Assembly (NCBI GenBank): GCA_963712115.1
Contig: CAVQGX010000031.1
Location: forward strand, 160,001-224,000
Length of the DNA: 64,000 nucleotides
Source: an uncultured delta proteobacterium
Lineage (GTDB): Bacteria > Desulfobacterota > Syntrophobacteria > BM002
Direction: 5' to 3'
Shown here: positions 29,482 through 40,134 of the stretch, one piece after another
Numbering within the stretch: position 1 is the first letter of the stretch
Layout of the letters: each line of letters starts with the position of its first letter
Position numbers and translations under genes: made by a program
Notes under the pieces: model-generated
Told to the model about the DNA's origin: nothing
Databases searched by the model: none
What the model saw: only the letters and a program-made list of their open reading frames with translations

Positions 29482-30294
29482 TCAACCAAAAGCTACATCC
29501 AATATCATCATCACAGTAAATCCCATCATCAGGCCCATGGTGGCCAGATCGGCATTACCTCCTCGCTGTGACTCAGGTATCACCTCCTCCACCACTACAA
29601 ATATCATGGCACCTGCGGCAAAGGCCAAAGCATAAGGCAGGATCGGCTGGAAAACTAAAACTGCTGCTGCCCCGACAACCCCGGCAACAGGCTCCACCAC
29701 AGCGGAGAGCTGCCCGTACCAGAAACTCTTGAGCCTGGATACACCTTCCCGCCGGAGAGGCAGGGCCACTGCCATCCCCTCCGGAAAGTTCTGAATACCA
29801 ATACCAACTGCCAAAGCAATGGCAGCGGGGAGCGTGGCAGCGGGCAGACCCGCAGCAACAGCTCCAAAGGCAACGCCCACTGCCAGGCCTTCCGGAATAT
29901 TGTGCAAGGTGATGGCGAGAACGAGCAAGGTTGTTCGCCGCCAGGTTGTTGACACCCCCTCAGCCTCATCCATGGGAGCATAGAGGTGGAGATGTGGCAG
30001 TATCTTGTCAACAACCCTCAAACACGCTCCACCCAAGAGAAAGCCCACAGCAGCAGGAAGCCAGGCGGGCACTCCCTGCTGTTCCGCCATTTCGAGAGCC
30101 GGGGCTAGGAGAGACCAGTAACTGGCAGCAATCATTACCCCGCCGGCGAAACCAAGCATGGGGTCGAGCAACTTCTTACTTACACTCCTGGTGAAAAAAA
30201 CCCCTGAAGCTCCAAGAGCTGTTAAAAACCAGGTAAAACAAGTAGCAATCAGAGCCTGAAGCACAGGATGCAGATTCTGGAAATATTCAATCAT
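29482..30294 (-). CDS. ZIP family metal transporter (GufA/ZupT-like)
   Basis: LHNIPEG and QNFPEG motifs, multiple TM segments. Confidence 0.93.
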   Translation of the reverse strand: MIEYFQNLHPVLQALIATCFTWFLTALGASGVFFTRSVSKKLLDPMLGFAGGVMIAASYWSLLAPALEMAEQQGVPAWLPAAVGFLLGGACLRVVDKILPHLHLYAPMDEAEGVSTTWRRTTLLVLAITLHNIPEGLAVGVAFGAVAAGLPAATLPAAIALAVGIGIQNFPEGMAVALPLRREGVSRLKSFWYGQLSAVVEPVAGVVGAAAVLVFQPILPYALAFAAGAMIFVVVEEVIPESQRGGNADLATMGLMMGFTVMMILDVAFG

Positions 30295-30326
30295 TACTGG
30301 CGTCCCCCGATATCCGCCATGCTATT

Positions 30327-31034
30327 TTATTCATGCCACGCATCTTCATTGTCAAAATTACGAAAGTGAGTGTCTTCATCCCGGGCGAACATCTTAATCC
30401 ACCCATCTACACGCTCCTTTCCATAAGCTTCATGCCATGCTGCTACGATGGTTTCAACCGGTATATCACTATAAGTCCCATGATATTTAACGTATTCCAT
30501 GTACTTTTTGTTTTGCTGGTTGTATGGGTGAAATAGGGAGTCCTCACGACCATTGAATTCCAGCGGCTCCACCTGGTGCTTTTCGCAGAGCTCCCGGTTG
30601 AAGGCAGGAGTTGCCTTCACCCACTTCCCTTCTAAGTGAAACTCCACAAATCCATGGTAGACGAAGACATTACTCCCCAGAAAATCGATGAGTTGCTTGG
30701 TGGCCAGATGATTCTTGACGGTGGCGAAGCCCACTCTCGACGGGATGCTGCAGGCCCGTCCTAGAGCGCAGAGCAATGACACCTTGGGTACACAGAAACT
30801 TCGCCCCCTTTGAAGAACTAGGCTTGCTCGATAGTGCTCCGGGCGGTGGAAGGGAGTATAGGGGTCGTAACGAATCCCGTCGCGCACAGCCAGATAGAGC
30901 TTTACCGCTCGTTCCACTTGATCACTACTGGTTCCCACCACTTCCATGGCGTAATTCCGGATCTTTGGATGGGTGCTATCCACAATTTCGGTTGGAGCCA
31001 AGTAAAGAGGATTGTGGTGGTCCATTATGCCCAT
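30327..31034 (-). CDS. Transglutaminase-like family protein
   Basis: VRDGIRYDPY, FCVPK catalytic Cys, YHG, WVKATPAFN. Confidence 0.88.
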   Translation of the reverse strand: MGIMDHHNPLYLAPTEIVDSTHPKIRNYAMEVVGTSSDQVERAVKLYLAVRDGIRYDPYTPFHRPEHYRASLVLQRGRSFCVPKVSLLCALGRACSIPSRVGFATVKNHLATKQLIDFLGSNVFVYHGFVEFHLEGKWVKATPAFNRELCEKHQVEPLEFNGREDSLFHPYNQQNKKYMEYVKYHGTYSDIPVETIVAAWHEAYGKERVDGWIKMFARDEDTHFRNFDNEDAWHE

Positions 31035-31315
31035 GCTCTGTTTTCAAGTTTCAATGCCGCATATCCTAATGGATAACTACGTTGAATTCCAGCTTCTCTC
31101 AGAAGTCAGAAGTCAGTGGGATCTATTCATTTGCAAATCCGAAATCATGAAAGTGCATAGTGTCTAGTAGAACTGACCTCCGACTTCTGACCTCTGTCAC
31201 TGTCTGCATTTCTTACCCTATCGCTCTATGATGCCGTTAGGCGCCTCGGGACACCTGCGGCCGGTTGCACGCCCATCTTCGCGGTCTCGCGACAGCAATG
31301 CATGAAACATCCGGG

Positions 31316-32401
31316 CTAGCCGATAAGGTTCCTTTTCAAGATGACCAGGAAATCCTGGATGTTCGTCACAATCGAGGTGACACCCAAGGTTCCCCTGTCT
31401 CTGAGTTTGTTAACAGCAAACTCTGAGATATCCACAGCGTAGACATACACGGGCCTCACCCGCCCCTCTAACACCTGGTACGACGGCGTCATGTTGCCGG
31501 CGGCGATTGTGTGTAGCTGAGTAGCCAGTCCTATGAGCGTTGTAGCCTTTCGGGTATGAGCTCTCATGGCATCCTGGGCTTTACAGGCGTCCACGATTAC
31601 CCCAGGCAGAGGACCATCATCTCTTATCGAGCCCGCCAGGACCATTGGAACGTTCATCTCCAAACAACCGTGAATGACTCCATTATCAATTTTTTCCCCC
31701 TCCACCAAAGCCTCTATGGAACCGGCGGCTCGCGCCATGTTCATTATATCCAGGTGGTGGTAATGACCGTGTAACAGAGGACTCTGTGTGTATATATCCT
31801 GTCCAAGGGCAGTTCTGAATATGGCAGCTTCCAGATCGTGCGCAGCGAGGGCATTTCCAGCCAAAAGTGCGTGGACATATCCGCTTCGAATGAGAGCTAC
31901 CATGGAATCTCGGGCATCCGAATCAAAAGCTACCGCCGGGCCAAGTACCCAAACAACATATCCCTGCTCTTTTTCATGCCTGAGAAGATCATAGAGCTTA
32001 TCGTAATCTTGCGAATATGAGGTCTCCCTGGATCTCCCCAAGCGAAAAGCAAATTTATCGCCCATTTCACTTTCTTCAACAAAGCCGGTGGTGTGCACAT
32101 AGATTCCCTCTTCCCCGCTCTCCCCCCGACCGACAATAACTTTTTCCCCTTTCCGCAACCTTCGTTGCTCCACCACCTCAAGCCCTTTCTCCCTCAATAC
32201 AACCGCGCAGTCCATCCGGCTCTCTTCTGCAAGAATCCACTCCCCGTCTATCTTGAAATATTCAGGGAAGATAGTGGTTGCGTGAAAAGCAGCCGGGGCC
32301 ACCCCTTCTTGCAGCACCTCCTCGATTCTCACATTCGGCGAGGAGAGGAAGGACTCTCGCTTAAAATCAGGTGGGTAATATTCAGGCAATTTGAAAGTCA
32401 T
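31316..32401 (-). CDS. TIGR00300 / LOR-SDH-related protein (ornithine cyclodeaminase-like)
   Basis: SRMDC, LAGNALAAHD.E, LAGSIRDDGPLP, KLRDRG; GGAGG RBS before MTFKL. Confidence 0.8.
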   Translation of the reverse strand: MTFKLPEYYPPDFKRESFLSSPNVRIEEVLQEGVAPAAFHATTIFPEYFKIDGEWILAEESRMDCAVVLREKGLEVVEQRRLRKGEKVIVGRGESGEEGIYVHTTGFVEESEMGDKFAFRLGRSRETSYSQDYDKLYDLLRHEKEQGYVVWVLGPAVAFDSDARDSMVALIRSGYVHALLAGNALAAHDLEAAIFRTALGQDIYTQSPLLHGHYHHLDIMNMARAAGSIEALVEGEKIDNGVIHGCLEMNVPMVLAGSIRDDGPLPGVIVDACKAQDAMRAHTRKATTLIGLATQLHTIAAGNMTPSYQVLEGRVRPVYVYAVDISEFAVNKLRDRGTLGVTSIVTNIQDFLVILKRNLIG

Positions 32402-32647
32402 GGGTAATCCTCCCTCTTGCAAAGTATTGTGGTGCCCTCGGTCTGTTGCCGGTCGTCCGTTCTGGAAGTTGACATTATACAACTGTGACAACTGATTAGT
32501 CACTTCTGAGTTGCACAGGAGTTTCGCCAAAAATATTCTAGGACACGGGAAAGCTACTCCACAACGAGCATCGGAGCAACCGGTGCGAAGCCTCCACTGC
32601 TTGCAAAGACCACCATGTGCATCGGCACGAGGAAGGGGGAAATCGGG

Positions 32648-33655
32648 TTAAATGATTTCAATGGATTCGGGTGGGCAGGTAAGCCAGATATTTGAGCCCA
32701 TACCTAAAGACATGGCTGCGAAGTCTTCCTTTGAAATGAGAACGCAAAGCGGCAGCCCTACGTCAACCAGGGCCCGCACCTTGTTTTTCTCATCGGTCAA
32801 CTGTACCAAACGACCTTTGAAGGAGTTCGCCGGAGGTGCGTCATCAGCGGTTCTACTGACCTGAATTGCATTAGGGTTTATGGCGATGCGAACCGGTCCC
32901 ATCTTTCCCTTGGTGATACCCAGCTTCAACTTGTTCTGCACTAGGCAATAGGGATCACCGTTTTCGCCGGGCCTGATGTGCCCAGTGAATATGTTCTCGT
33001 AGGTGGATTGGGCCAACCTACCCTCGAAAAGAAAGACGATCTCATCCGCAAGCCTTGCCGCCTGGTTCATGTCATGGGTGGTGAAAATAACTGATATTCC
33101 CTTGTCCTGGTTAATCTCCTGGACAATCCTTTCTATGGCGATCTGGTTTTCCACATCCACACTGGCAGTCGGCTCGTCAAAGAGGATCACCTCTGGCGAG
33201 CAGGCGAGAGCTCTGGCGATTGCAATCCTCTGCGTCTCTCCACCCGAAAGGTTGTGAGCCCGAGCGTACTTAAATTCCCGCATGCCGACCAGATCCAGCA
33301 ATTCGTCGATCACTTCCTCTTGTCTCTGCTTCGGGACTTTACGGATAACTAGTGGAAATTCCAGATTCTTCTCAACTGTAACGGTAAACATGATGGGATG
33401 CTGTTGCACTATGACGACCCTGCGGCGCAGATCCCGCAGTCTATTGTTCTCGTGGTCAACCTTTTTACCTTGAAACCATACCTCCCCGGAGGTTGGTCGC
33501 GAAAGAAAGGCAAATATCTCGAGAAGCGTGGTCTTTCCGGCACCGTTGGGCCCCAAGAGTCCAACGATTCGACCCGCTTCAACCGCAAGATGGGGCAGAT
33601 CAAGGACTGCCCGTTTACCGTATATCTTTTTCAGATTACTCAACTCGTATAACAT
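32648..33655 (-). CDS. tupC: Tungstate ABC transporter ATPase with TOBE domain
   Basis: GPNGAGKT, LSGGE, DEPT; downstream of tupAB. Confidence 0.88.
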   Translation of the reverse strand: MLYELSNLKKIYGKRAVLDLPHLAVEAGRIVGLLGPNGAGKTTLLEIFAFLSRPTSGEVWFQGKKVDHENNRLRDLRRRVVIVQQHPIMFTVTVEKNLEFPLVIRKVPKQRQEEVIDELLDLVGMREFKYARAHNLSGGETQRIAIARALACSPEVILFDEPTASVDVENQIAIERIVQEINQDKGISVIFTTHDMNQAARLADEIVFLFEGRLAQSTYENIFTGHIRPGENGDPYCLVQNKLKLGITKGKMGPVRIAINPNAIQVSRTADDAPPANSFKGRLVQLTDEKNKVRALVDVGLPLCVLISKEDFAAMSLGMGSNIWLTCPPESIEII

Positions 33656-33830
33656 GACATTTTGTTTATTTGTAGTTCCTACGGTTTTTGCTTGGACAAT
33701 TTTCTATTAGCCTTTCATACTATGGCTTCCCTGAGACAGGGGGAGCTGCGAGGCAAAGTGCATCTGAGCCACCGGTGTTTTGCTCCGGAAGAACCCTCTT
33801 TTATCAAGAATCAGCTTTGCATTCTCGTTT

Positions 33831-34526
33831 TCATACCCGGGCTCTCCCCTGGACATAGTTGAAAAAAATGTTCAGCCCGAAACTTACTGTGAGGAGGACA
33901 ATCCCCAAGGCCACACTAAGGACAAACTCACCTTTGTCATACTCCAGAGCCATTGCTGTGGTCATATTGCGGGTAAAGCCTTTAGCATTTCCGCCTAACA
34001 TCATACTGATACCAACCTCAGCAATGACCCTGCCAAAGGCGGCGATAACCGCAGCTACGATGGCGAAGCGCGCTTCTCTGATAATAACCCAGGCTGTCTG
34101 CAGAGCGTTCGCCCCCAAAGTCATGGCTGTTTTCCGGTAGCGCTCGTCGATTCTGCTGATGGCCGAGATAGTGAACACGGTTATGATTGGGATAATGAGG
34201 ATCACTTGACCGATAATCATGGCTTTCTGGGTATAGAGCAAATCGAGTACCCCCAGAATTCCCCGCCGTGAAATGAAGGCGTAGACAAAAAGCCCTACCA
34301 CCACCGTGGGCAGAGCCAGCAGTGTATTGAGAATGGTGATGAGCATACGCTTTCCTGGGAATTCCCGGAAAGCTATGAGGAATCCCGCCGGAACCCCGAC
34401 CAGGCTGGCAATGATCGTTGAGGTGGAACTTACCTTGAGCGAGACGGAAACGATTTCCACCAGCTCCGGATCAATAGACCATAGAAGCAATAGTGCGGAA
34501 AAGAAGCTGTCGAAAAGAAATTCCAT
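33831..34526 (-). CDS. tupB: Tungstate ABC transporter permease
   Basis: LPTVVVGL, FGRVIAEVG.SMMLGGN..G.TR..TTA. Confidence 0.92.
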   Translation of the reverse strand: MEFLFDSFFSALLLLWSIDPELVEIVSVSLKVSSTSTIIASLVGVPAGFLIAFREFPGKRMLITILNTLLALPTVVVGLFVYAFISRRGILGVLDLLYTQKAMIIGQVILIIPIITVFTISAISRIDERYRKTAMTLGANALQTAWVIIREARFAIVAAVIAAFGRVIAEVGISMMLGGNAKGFTRNMTTAMALEYDKGEFVLSVALGIVLLTVSFGLNIFFNYVQGRARV

Positions 34527-34574
34527 GCTTTACCTTAGTTTTCTGCTGAGAAAATGACCCATACTTTACGACAG

Positions 34575-35477
34575 TCACTTTGCATCCGGAATGGCATCGG
34601 GGTAAAAAGCCTGCTGTCCCTGAATCTTGTAGCGGGCAATCATAGCCTGTACCTTGGGCGATACGAGCCATTTGGCAAAGTGATCGGCCAAGTCAAACTT
34701 GACGTGTGGGTACTTCTTCGGATTAATGGGGATGATTCCGTAAGGGTTGAAAAGAAGTGGATCGCCCTCACAGAGGATGTCCAGTTCCACTGCCGGCTGC
34801 TTACCGTACTTGTACTCCAGGTACGTACCTCGATCCGCCAGGGTGTAAGCTCGCTTTTCGTCAGCAAAGGTCAGGGTTTTTCCCATTCCTTGACCGATGG
34901 AAAGATACCACTCCCCGAGTCCACCAGGGTACATAAAGGTCAAGCCCTTCTTCTGCCCCTTGACTACGATCTCGGTCCTTTGGGTTTGCAACGGCAAGCC
35001 CGTGGCCTTCCAGAGTGCCTGCTCCTTGGTGTGCGTTCCGCTGTCATCACCCCGTGAAACGAAACTGGCCTTGGCCTCGGCGATTTTCTTCAGGGCTTCG
35101 GAACCATGCTTCATACCTTTGATACCCGCGGGATCAGCAGCAGGTCCCAAAATGATGAAGTCGTTATGCATGACTGCCAGACGATAGGCGCCGTACCCGT
35201 CGGCCACGAATTGCTCCTCTCTTGCCTTGGCGTGAACGAAGATGATATCTACATTTCCGTCCATGCCGTCCCGGATGGCCGCACCCGTTCCTTTGGCGAA
35301 GACCTTAATTTTTATGCCGGTATCCTTTTCGAACTCAGGCAGCAGCACATCCAGAAGGCCGGAGTTCTCCGTGCTGGTGGTGGTGGACATCTTGATCACC
35401 TTTTCAGCGGCAGTTACAGGACGCAAAGCAAGCATCACAAAAACCAGAGCAATGATCAACAACCAACTTCTCTTCAT
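34575..35477 (-). CDS. tupA: Tungstate ABC transporter substrate-binding protein
   Basis: Signal peptide; TTTS..NSGLL, SRGDDSGTH, GQGMG. Confidence 0.93.
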   Translation of the reverse strand: MKRSWLLIIALVFVMLALRPVTAAEKVIKMSTTTSTENSGLLDVLLPEFEKDTGIKIKVFAKGTGAAIRDGMDGNVDIIFVHAKAREEQFVADGYGAYRLAVMHNDFIILGPAADPAGIKGMKHGSEALKKIAEAKASFVSRGDDSGTHTKEQALWKATGLPLQTQRTEIVVKGQKKGLTFMYPGGLGEWYLSIGQGMGKTLTFADEKRAYTLADRGTYLEYKYGKQPAVELDILCEGDPLLFNPYGIIPINPKKYPHVKFDLADHFAKWLVSPKVQAMIARYKIQGQQAFYPDAIPDAK

Positions 35478-35492
35478 CGTTTCACCTCCATT

Positions 35493-36398
35493 TTACCCTC
35501 GAAAAACAACCTGTCCTGACAAAGTCAGATCGTACCCAGAAAACTTGTCGCTCAAACGGAGAAACTCCTCATCTCTAAGCAGGGCCAGGAGCATCTGCAC
35601 GCCGCGGCTGAAGAAGACATCTTTGCGCATGATGAAATCGTACCGTTCCCAGCGCACCTCCACCTGATCCAAACCCAGCATTTCTGCGACAGCAGCGATT
35701 GCCAACCCCGCATCGGCCCTTTCCGCCAATACCTCCAGGGCCACATCGAGGTGACGGGCGAATTCTGTCTCGTACCCTGGAATCTGATCACCACTGACAC
35801 CCTGCCTCTCCAGTTCCTGGTCAAAAAGCAGTCGGGTTCCGGTGCCTTTCTTGCGGTTGGCGATCCGCAGCCGACCGCTGGTGAGATCAGCCAGCTCCTT
35901 GATCCCTTTTGGGTTACCGCGAGGCACCACTACCGCCTGCAATCTCTTACAAAAGTTAACCAACACCACGTCATTGCCTAATTCCTCTTCCACGTAGGCG
36001 AAGTTGTAATCGTCTCCATCCGACTCCAGTAGGTGACAAGAGCAGATGTGACAGAGATTCTCCTTTAGGGCCCGAATGCCTCCCATGCTCCCTAAGTTGC
36101 TGAACAAAGGAAGAGGAAGGGGATACCGTCGAGCAAACACTTCCAGAAGCTGGTCTAGTAATAAATCGTTACTCCCGGTTATTATAAGTAAGTTTTTGTA
36201 AGTATCTGTAGTCTTCCCAGCAGGAGGATAGTTCTCGGTATGCTGCTCCAGCCACCGGTCTACCAGGTGGCGCTGAAAAAGCCATTTGCCCGTAACCTTG
36301 GTGGCGGGCAACCCCTTGGCCGTAATCAGGTTGTATATCTTTTTTTCATTTATTCCAATATATTGAGAAACTTCCTTGGTGTTCATTAAAGACGACAT
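35493..36398 (-). CDS. Excisionase-like HTH + molybdate/tungstate-binding (PBP) regulator, TaoR-like
   Basis: N-terminal MNTKEV..Y...LPATKVTGKWLF; GSND, NRKKGTGTR, ERYD; directly upstream of tupA. Confidence 0.85.
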   Translation of the reverse strand: MSSLMNTKEVSQYIGINEKKIYNLITAKGLPATKVTGKWLFQRHLVDRWLEQHTENYPPAGKTTDTYKNLLIITGSNDLLLDQLLEVFARRYPLPLPLFSNLGSMGGIRALKENLCHICSCHLLESDGDDYNFAYVEEELGNDVVLVNFCKRLQAVVVPRGNPKGIKELADLTSGRLRIANRKKGTGTRLLFDQELERQGVSGDQIPGYETEFARHLDVALEVLAERADAGLAIAAVAEMLGLDQVEVRWERYDFIMRKDVFFSRGVQMLLALLRDEEFLRLSDKFSGYDLTLSGQVVFRG

Positions 36399-36763
36399 GA
36401 TTTAATCCTTCAGGTAAAAATAAAGGGAAAAAAGATTGGATTGAGTGATCATTTTTTGCTTATGACTTTATTACCACAAGCGAATAATCATGTCAAAACA
36501 AGAAACGAAAAATAACAGATTATAACTTTATTTTCTTCTCTTGATACGTTTTTAGTGAGATTTTTCTAGGAACTGGCTGTAACCCCACGGCCCAGCAGGC
36601 CGCCGAAAAATCACCGAAACCGTCATTCTGAGGAGTCCTTCGCTCTGACCCCCGAAGCAGTCGAAAACCCCTAAGTCGGCAAAGGCTCTTTTAAGGGACT
36701 CTTGACAAACATTCCGAAGTCGGTTCTGATCATATTTATTATCCGATAGACAAGGAGACGGCT

Positions 36764-39133
36764 ATGAGCACAGGCACGGAGCGTTCACCATCGTCAGGAG
36801 TTGGTATCTCCAAGGCCACAATCCGTGAGGACATTCTCCAGAGTTTCCCAGGGCTCTTCGGGACCAAGAAGATAAACGGCCGAGAAGTCAATGTGGAACA
36901 GGAGATTGCCGCACTTGCCCAAGAGTTGCATCCCAAGATCGCCGCGGTCCTCACCGCGCGTCGGGCCTTACTGCGGTCTTCCGCGCCGGTCCGCGAAAAA
37001 TATGGTTGGCCGAAGTGGGACGACACCTTTGAGGATCCCGTAACCGAGCAGTTCTGGACATATCGCCAGATTATCCAGGGCTTGATTGATAACTTTCTCG
37101 GTAAGGACAGCGACTGGAGCTGGCGGCTAAACGACGAAGTGGACATCCCCAAGGACGCCCACCCTTTGACCAACCCCGGCTTGGAGCTCACCGGGCCGTG
37201 GCATCCGCTGGACATGGCCTTCAAGGCCTTGGACAGCCCGGCCCCCATGAACATGCCGGACTTTGAAGACGCCGCGCCGCCCCATTTCCGTCCCCATGGC
37301 ACGCCCGAGAATGAGCCGTTAGGGATTTTCGCGGCCGTGGAAAACGCCAAAGAGATTTTCGAAGGCACCTGGGATAACCGCGCCTATGAGGTGGTGAAGA
37401 AAGGCGGAACGCGGGAGTACAGGATCAAGGCATCCCCGGCGCAGTGGCCGACTCGGTTTGCTCGGCCTCCGAGCATCCACGTGCGATATGATCACATCAC
37501 GGTCGAAGGCCAACCGGTGCACGGGATTATTCCCATCACCCTTCTCTGGGCGCTCAACAATTACGAATCCCTCACACGGGCCGGCACCGGCCTATATTAT
37601 TACATCCCGAAGATTCAGACCCCTCAGGAAGCTCTCATTGTGGAGAAGCTCCTGGCACGGGTGGAAGGCTTGATCGGCGTCCAACCCGGCACCATCAAGA
37701 TCAAAGTCCTCTATGAGGAGGGGAATGCGGGCCGGTTCTTGCCTGTGATCGCCTGGGTCCTGCGACGGAGACTCCTTGGGACCAACGTCGGCCGCTGGGA
37801 CTACCTCGCCAGCATCATTGAGATGTGGAAGGACGACCCGCAGGGCGTGTTTCCCGATCCACAGTCCATCGGCATGGCCACCCCGAACATGATTGCTTAT
37901 CAGCGGTATAATGCGCTGATGATGCTCATGGCCGGCATGAAGAATGGCGTGCTCAGCCAGGGGGCTCCCATTGGCGGGATGGCGGCGGTAATGATCTACC
38001 AACCGGCTGATCCCTACGGCCGCTCCCAGTATAACCCGGTGGCCCTGCGTGGAATGGTAATCGACAAGGTGCGAGAGCGGTTGCTGGGTCTTATCTTTGT
38101 GCCCGAGGAGTCGCTACCCGCAGGTGGACAGCCTACCCTGGAAGACATCCTTGCCGGAGGGGTGAAAGGACGACTCTATGATGCCTATCGGCAAAGCTGG
38201 GTTGCCAGCCCCGAACCGGCCTATGTGGCCGCCGGCAATGAACCTTTGCGGGCTCCCGTGACGCAGCTCCAGGCAATCCTCGATGCGGAGCGAGAGGATG
38301 TGGAGGTGAAAGGCAAACCTGTGCCGACGGTCGCCAGTGGTCTCTCGGAGGCGGAGCGGCAGCTGCTGCAATCCCGCGGCTTGTTGAACCCGCAGGGCAA
38401 GATCACCCCCTGGGTCGTCACCAAGGACATGTTCAGTAGGCCGGAGAAACTCTTCACCCAAGAACTTTGGGACAGCATCTACTCCGTGCCCAAGGGTGAG
38501 ATCACCATTGAGCACATCCAGCATGCCTTCTACATGGCGGCCAACTACGGCTTCCAGATTCTCAACGGTAATTTCGCGGCCGCCATCGACGACTACGAGC
38601 TTTCACTGCGTTTCATGAATGATCTCGCCACCTACCGGATCGATGTGTCCTGGCTGTGGACTCTTCTCCATCACCAAGCCGTCATCACCAAGGACGGCTA
38701 CCTCAAAGGGCCGGCGCTCACCGAGGATGGACTCAATCCGGCTGAAAACGTTTTCGAGGTCAAGGCCGGGACCCGCCTCACCAAGGAGCTGTTCCAGAGG
38801 TTGTGGGACTACCACAATGAATGGACGTCGGCGTTCTTCGCCGAGCTGGACCGCCTCGGCAATCCAGGCCGCTTTGACCGCGCCAAGGCGCCTGTCATTA
38901 TGGAGCTCCTGAAGCGCCAGCTACTTTCGCCGAGCTACATCCAGCACAGCGCCCGGGTGCTCTTCGTTTTGGCGCCGGCGAACGAACAGGAGCGCGAGCA
39001 GCTCCTCGAGGCGATTTTCACCCTCTCCCGCGAGGAAGTCGTCAAGCGCGCCCAAGCAGCCGCGCTGAACAAGTCCGCCTTGGATGCCCACGATTATATC
39101 CATGACATCTTTCCGGGAATCGAAGGAGAATAG
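36764..39133 (+). CDS. Divergent malate synthase family protein
   Basis: DFEDA, YYYIPKIQ, GRWDY, GGMAA, DKVRE, WVA, MNDLAT motifs; AAGGAG RBS. Confidence 0.8.
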   Translation: MSTGTERSPSSGVGISKATIREDILQSFPGLFGTKKINGREVNVEQEIAALAQELHPKIAAVLTARRALLRSSAPVREKYGWPKWDDTFEDPVTEQFWTYRQIIQGLIDNFLGKDSDWSWRLNDEVDIPKDAHPLTNPGLELTGPWHPLDMAFKALDSPAPMNMPDFEDAAPPHFRPHGTPENEPLGIFAAVENAKEIFEGTWDNRAYEVVKKGGTREYRIKASPAQWPTRFARPPSIHVRYDHITVEGQPVHGIIPITLLWALNNYESLTRAGTGLYYYIPKIQTPQEALIVEKLLARVEGLIGVQPGTIKIKVLYEEGNAGRFLPVIAWVLRRRLLGTNVGRWDYLASIIEMWKDDPQGVFPDPQSIGMATPNMIAYQRYNALMMLMAGMKNGVLSQGAPIGGMAAVMIYQPADPYGRSQYNPVALRGMVIDKVRERLLGLIFVPEESLPAGGQPTLEDILAGGVKGRLYDAYRQSWVASPEPAYVAAGNEPLRAPVTQLQAILDAEREDVEVKGKPVPTVASGLSEAERQLLQSRGLLNPQGKITPWVVTKDMFSRPEKLFTQELWDSIYSVPKGEITIEHIQHAFYMAANYGFQILNGNFAAAIDDYELSLRFMNDLATYRIDVSWLWTLLHHQAVITKDGYLKGPALTEDGLNPAENVFEVKAGTRLTKELFQRLWDYHNEWTSAFFAELDRLGNPGRFDRAKAPVIMELLKRQLLSPSYIQHSARVLFVLAPANEQEREQLLEAIFTLSREEVVKRAQAAALNKSALDAHDYIHDIFPGIEGE

Positions 39134-39636
39134 CCATCGAGGTTGAGACAAGATTCGGAAGAAAATCTTAACCTACACTCTAACGTTCTAGAGGTCTCAC
39201 CTACATACAGTGTTCATCACACTGGAGTTGGATATAAGTCTTTCTGCTACCGATTTGGTTTTATGGAAGTCTGCGAAAACTCGCCATACACATATCATAT
39301 ATTGAATCTTTAAAAATTTTCCATCTTGTCAAGATAACTGAAATTGCGAATCATACTTACGAGTGCCAAATATCCAATTATGAGATCCTGCCCAAGTTAT
39401 TGGATACCCAAAACCGAACGCCACATTAGCCAAATTTTATTGTGGACCAACTTGCCAGATAGTAGTAAGATTTTTCCACATTTATAACCATAAATGCCAA
39501 ATATTTTAATTCCGAAGATTAGGCTGAATTAAGTTAATTTGTTAAAATAATTAAAAAATCGCAATAAAAACTCTTTTGGCATGCTTTTTTCATCCAAATG
39601 TAATACACCAAACGTGATTTAAACCGTAAGATACCT

Positions 39637-40134
39637 ATGAAAAAAGATGTAGTTTACTCGATGAGAATGAATAGTAGGGTCCGTGAGGCCCTCAGGAAGG
39701 CGGCAACTAGAGAACGTCGCACCGTTGCCTCCCTATTGGATAAGATTGTTACGGATTACTTGGCAAAGGAAGGCTTTCTTGCCGGTCCTGAGTTTGGTGC
39801 TGAACGGCGAAGGTTTCCCAGAAAGAAAATCACTTTGCCAGCCAAGACTCATCTTGAGACAAAAACTGAAGAAACCTTTCCAGGCGTGGTGCTTGATATC
39901 TCGATGGGAGGAGTCTTAGTAACTTATCCTAAAGGATCCGAAATTAGGTTTTCATCCATGGGGCAACTGCCTAATTTTGAGCTTTGCTTTACTCTTCCCA
40001 GCGAGAAAGAAGAATTATGCTTCGACTGTGAAGCTCGGCATATGCGCGACACTGGAGACGAGATCCAAGTCGGTGCGACCTTTAGCAATCCCAAGGGGAA
40101 CTATCTGCAGAAGTTAAATAGCTATCTCATGTAG
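39637..40134 (+). CDS. Ribbon-helix-helix + PilZ domain protein
   Basis: N-terminal YSMRM..RVREALRKAA..ERRTVASLL..IV..YL; RRRFPR and DISMGG c-di-GMP motifs. Confidence 0.8.
   Translation: MKKDVVYSMRMNSRVREALRKAATRERRTVASLLDKIVTDYLAKEGFLAGPEFGAERRRFPRKKITLPAKTHLETKTEETFPGVVLDISMGGVLVTYPKGSEIRFSSMGQLPNFELCFTLPSEKEELCFDCEARHMRDTGDEIQVGATFSNPKGNYLQKLNSYLM

Noticed and set aside
32428-32465. Guanidine-II/III riboswitch (minus-strand CGG-ACGA-CCG)
   Set aside because: Only one 3-bp ACGA hairpin; second hairpin and other conserved elements absent
32560-32612. Moco/Tuco RNA motif-like text near tup operon
   Set aside because: Only a loose partial resemblance, on the strand opposite to and downstream of tupABC
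36739-37368. Long antisense ORFs (here and opposite RND, aceA, tup and other genes)
   Set aside because: Shadow frames of well-supported genes on the other strand; no recognisable motifs
39576-39593. Sigma54 promoter upstream of RHH-PilZ gene (TTGGCATGCTTTTTTCA)
   Set aside because: -24 GG is present but the -12 position reads TC, not GC
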